In this document: positions 63,224-64,000 of the stretch, in pieces
Position numbering within the stretch: the first letter of the stretch is position 1
Layout: each line of letters starts with the position of its first letter
Origin: Pocillopora damicornis
Taxonomy: Eukaryota
Direction: 5' to 3'
NCBI RefSeq assembly: GCF_003704095.1
Contig: NW_020846357.1
Coordinates: 682,001 to 746,000, forward strand
DNA: 64,000 nucleotides
The notes under the pieces: model-generated
What the model was told of the DNA's origin: nothing
Seen by the model: the letters and a program-made list of their open reading frames with translations, nothing else
Databases searched by the model: none
Position numbers and translations under genes: made by a program

Positions 63224-63301
63224 ATGGCGATTCATATGCAGACTTTTTGTTGTGGATGTAACCTGCGAACAGGCATTATGTTAATCGGCCTCTTCGGCAT
63301 C
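63224..63301 (+). CDS. First coding exon of a fourth LAPTM4-like paralog (continues beyond the window)
   Basis: MAIHMQTFCCGCNLRTGIMLIGLFGI followed by donor gtatgt; 78 nt, phase 0, same size as exon 1 of paralogs 1 and 2. Not in the ORF track. Confidence 0.8.
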
Positions 63302-64000
63302 GTATGTATCCATATTTTCCATACGTAGTTTGCCATGTTTGTCATCGAATGACAGTATCGATCCTGCGTAGTTGGTTGTGTTTTGGTAGTTTCCAGCGGC
63401 GGAGCCGCAGCCAATTCTTATGGAAACGGAGGGGAGAATACAGGGAAACCGCCTGCTGAAAATTTAAAGGATTACAAATCTAACGAGCTCATCAGAGAAC
63501 GGAAATTCAGAAATGCCACCGAAGCAAATTATCATGTCGCAAGAGCATTATTTTTTGTGGCTTTAGACTCGTAACTACTCAAAAGTCCTTTTTTCTTTTG
63601 ACTGATATAGTTCTGCAGTTGAAATTGTGTTCAAGTTTGGATAGTGCATGATGCATAGTGTACCCGGAATGAAAAGGAGGAAATTAATTTGGCGCGGTTT
63701 TTCTTTAAGGAGATAATTAGATTTATTTAGTAAAAATTCGTAAATGTGTTGTTGTGAGTCCTTCTGCGAATGGGGCTTTGAGCGCGAAGCACAACGAGTT
63801 TGCTTGAAAATTTCAAAAGGTATATAAGGCGGTGTTTTGCCGCGGCAAAACACCGCGTTATATCAGTTAGGGCTATTTTCATAATTATAAAACGGAGCTT
63901 GTTTTAAATCGATCTCGTTCTCTGATAGCATTCCACCTTGATGTGCATTATATCGATTTTTTTTTTTAGGAAACAAACCTTTGAGAGTAGTAAACAGTGA

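Overview
Eukaryotic, AT-rich, intron-rich genomic DNA with GT-AG introns and two N gaps. Gene content and repeats suggest a cnidarian, probably a stony coral (inference). I rebuilt spliced gene models by hand with consistent intron phases. In order: (1) the large terminal exon of a leishmanolysin/invadolysin-like M8 metalloprotease (+); (2) a single-exon O-fucosyltransferase-like protein with degenerate catalytic motifs (-); (3) a 25-exon, ~1124-aa ADAMTS-like metalloprotease (-); (4) a single-exon Tctex1-domain dynein light chain (-); (5) two tandem pancreatic-lipase-family genes with short lids (-), the second lacking the PLAT domain; (6) a tandem array of at least four LAPTM4-like 4-TM genes (+), two of them in a recent ~10-kb segmental duplication. 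Most short ORFs in the track are noise or exon fragments. No prokaryotic-type system, CRISPR array, rRNA or intact tRNA is visible. Best leads: a WSC-like symmetric cassette exon inside the last ADAMTS TSP1 repeat, flanked by inverted repeats; a duplicated decoy copy of the ADAMTS zinc-site exon; the LAPTM4-like array with repeat-built tails and PPxY turnover; PLA1-like lipases; and minimal hammerhead-ribozyme motifs. I cannot establish from sequence alone that any of these is truly undescribed.
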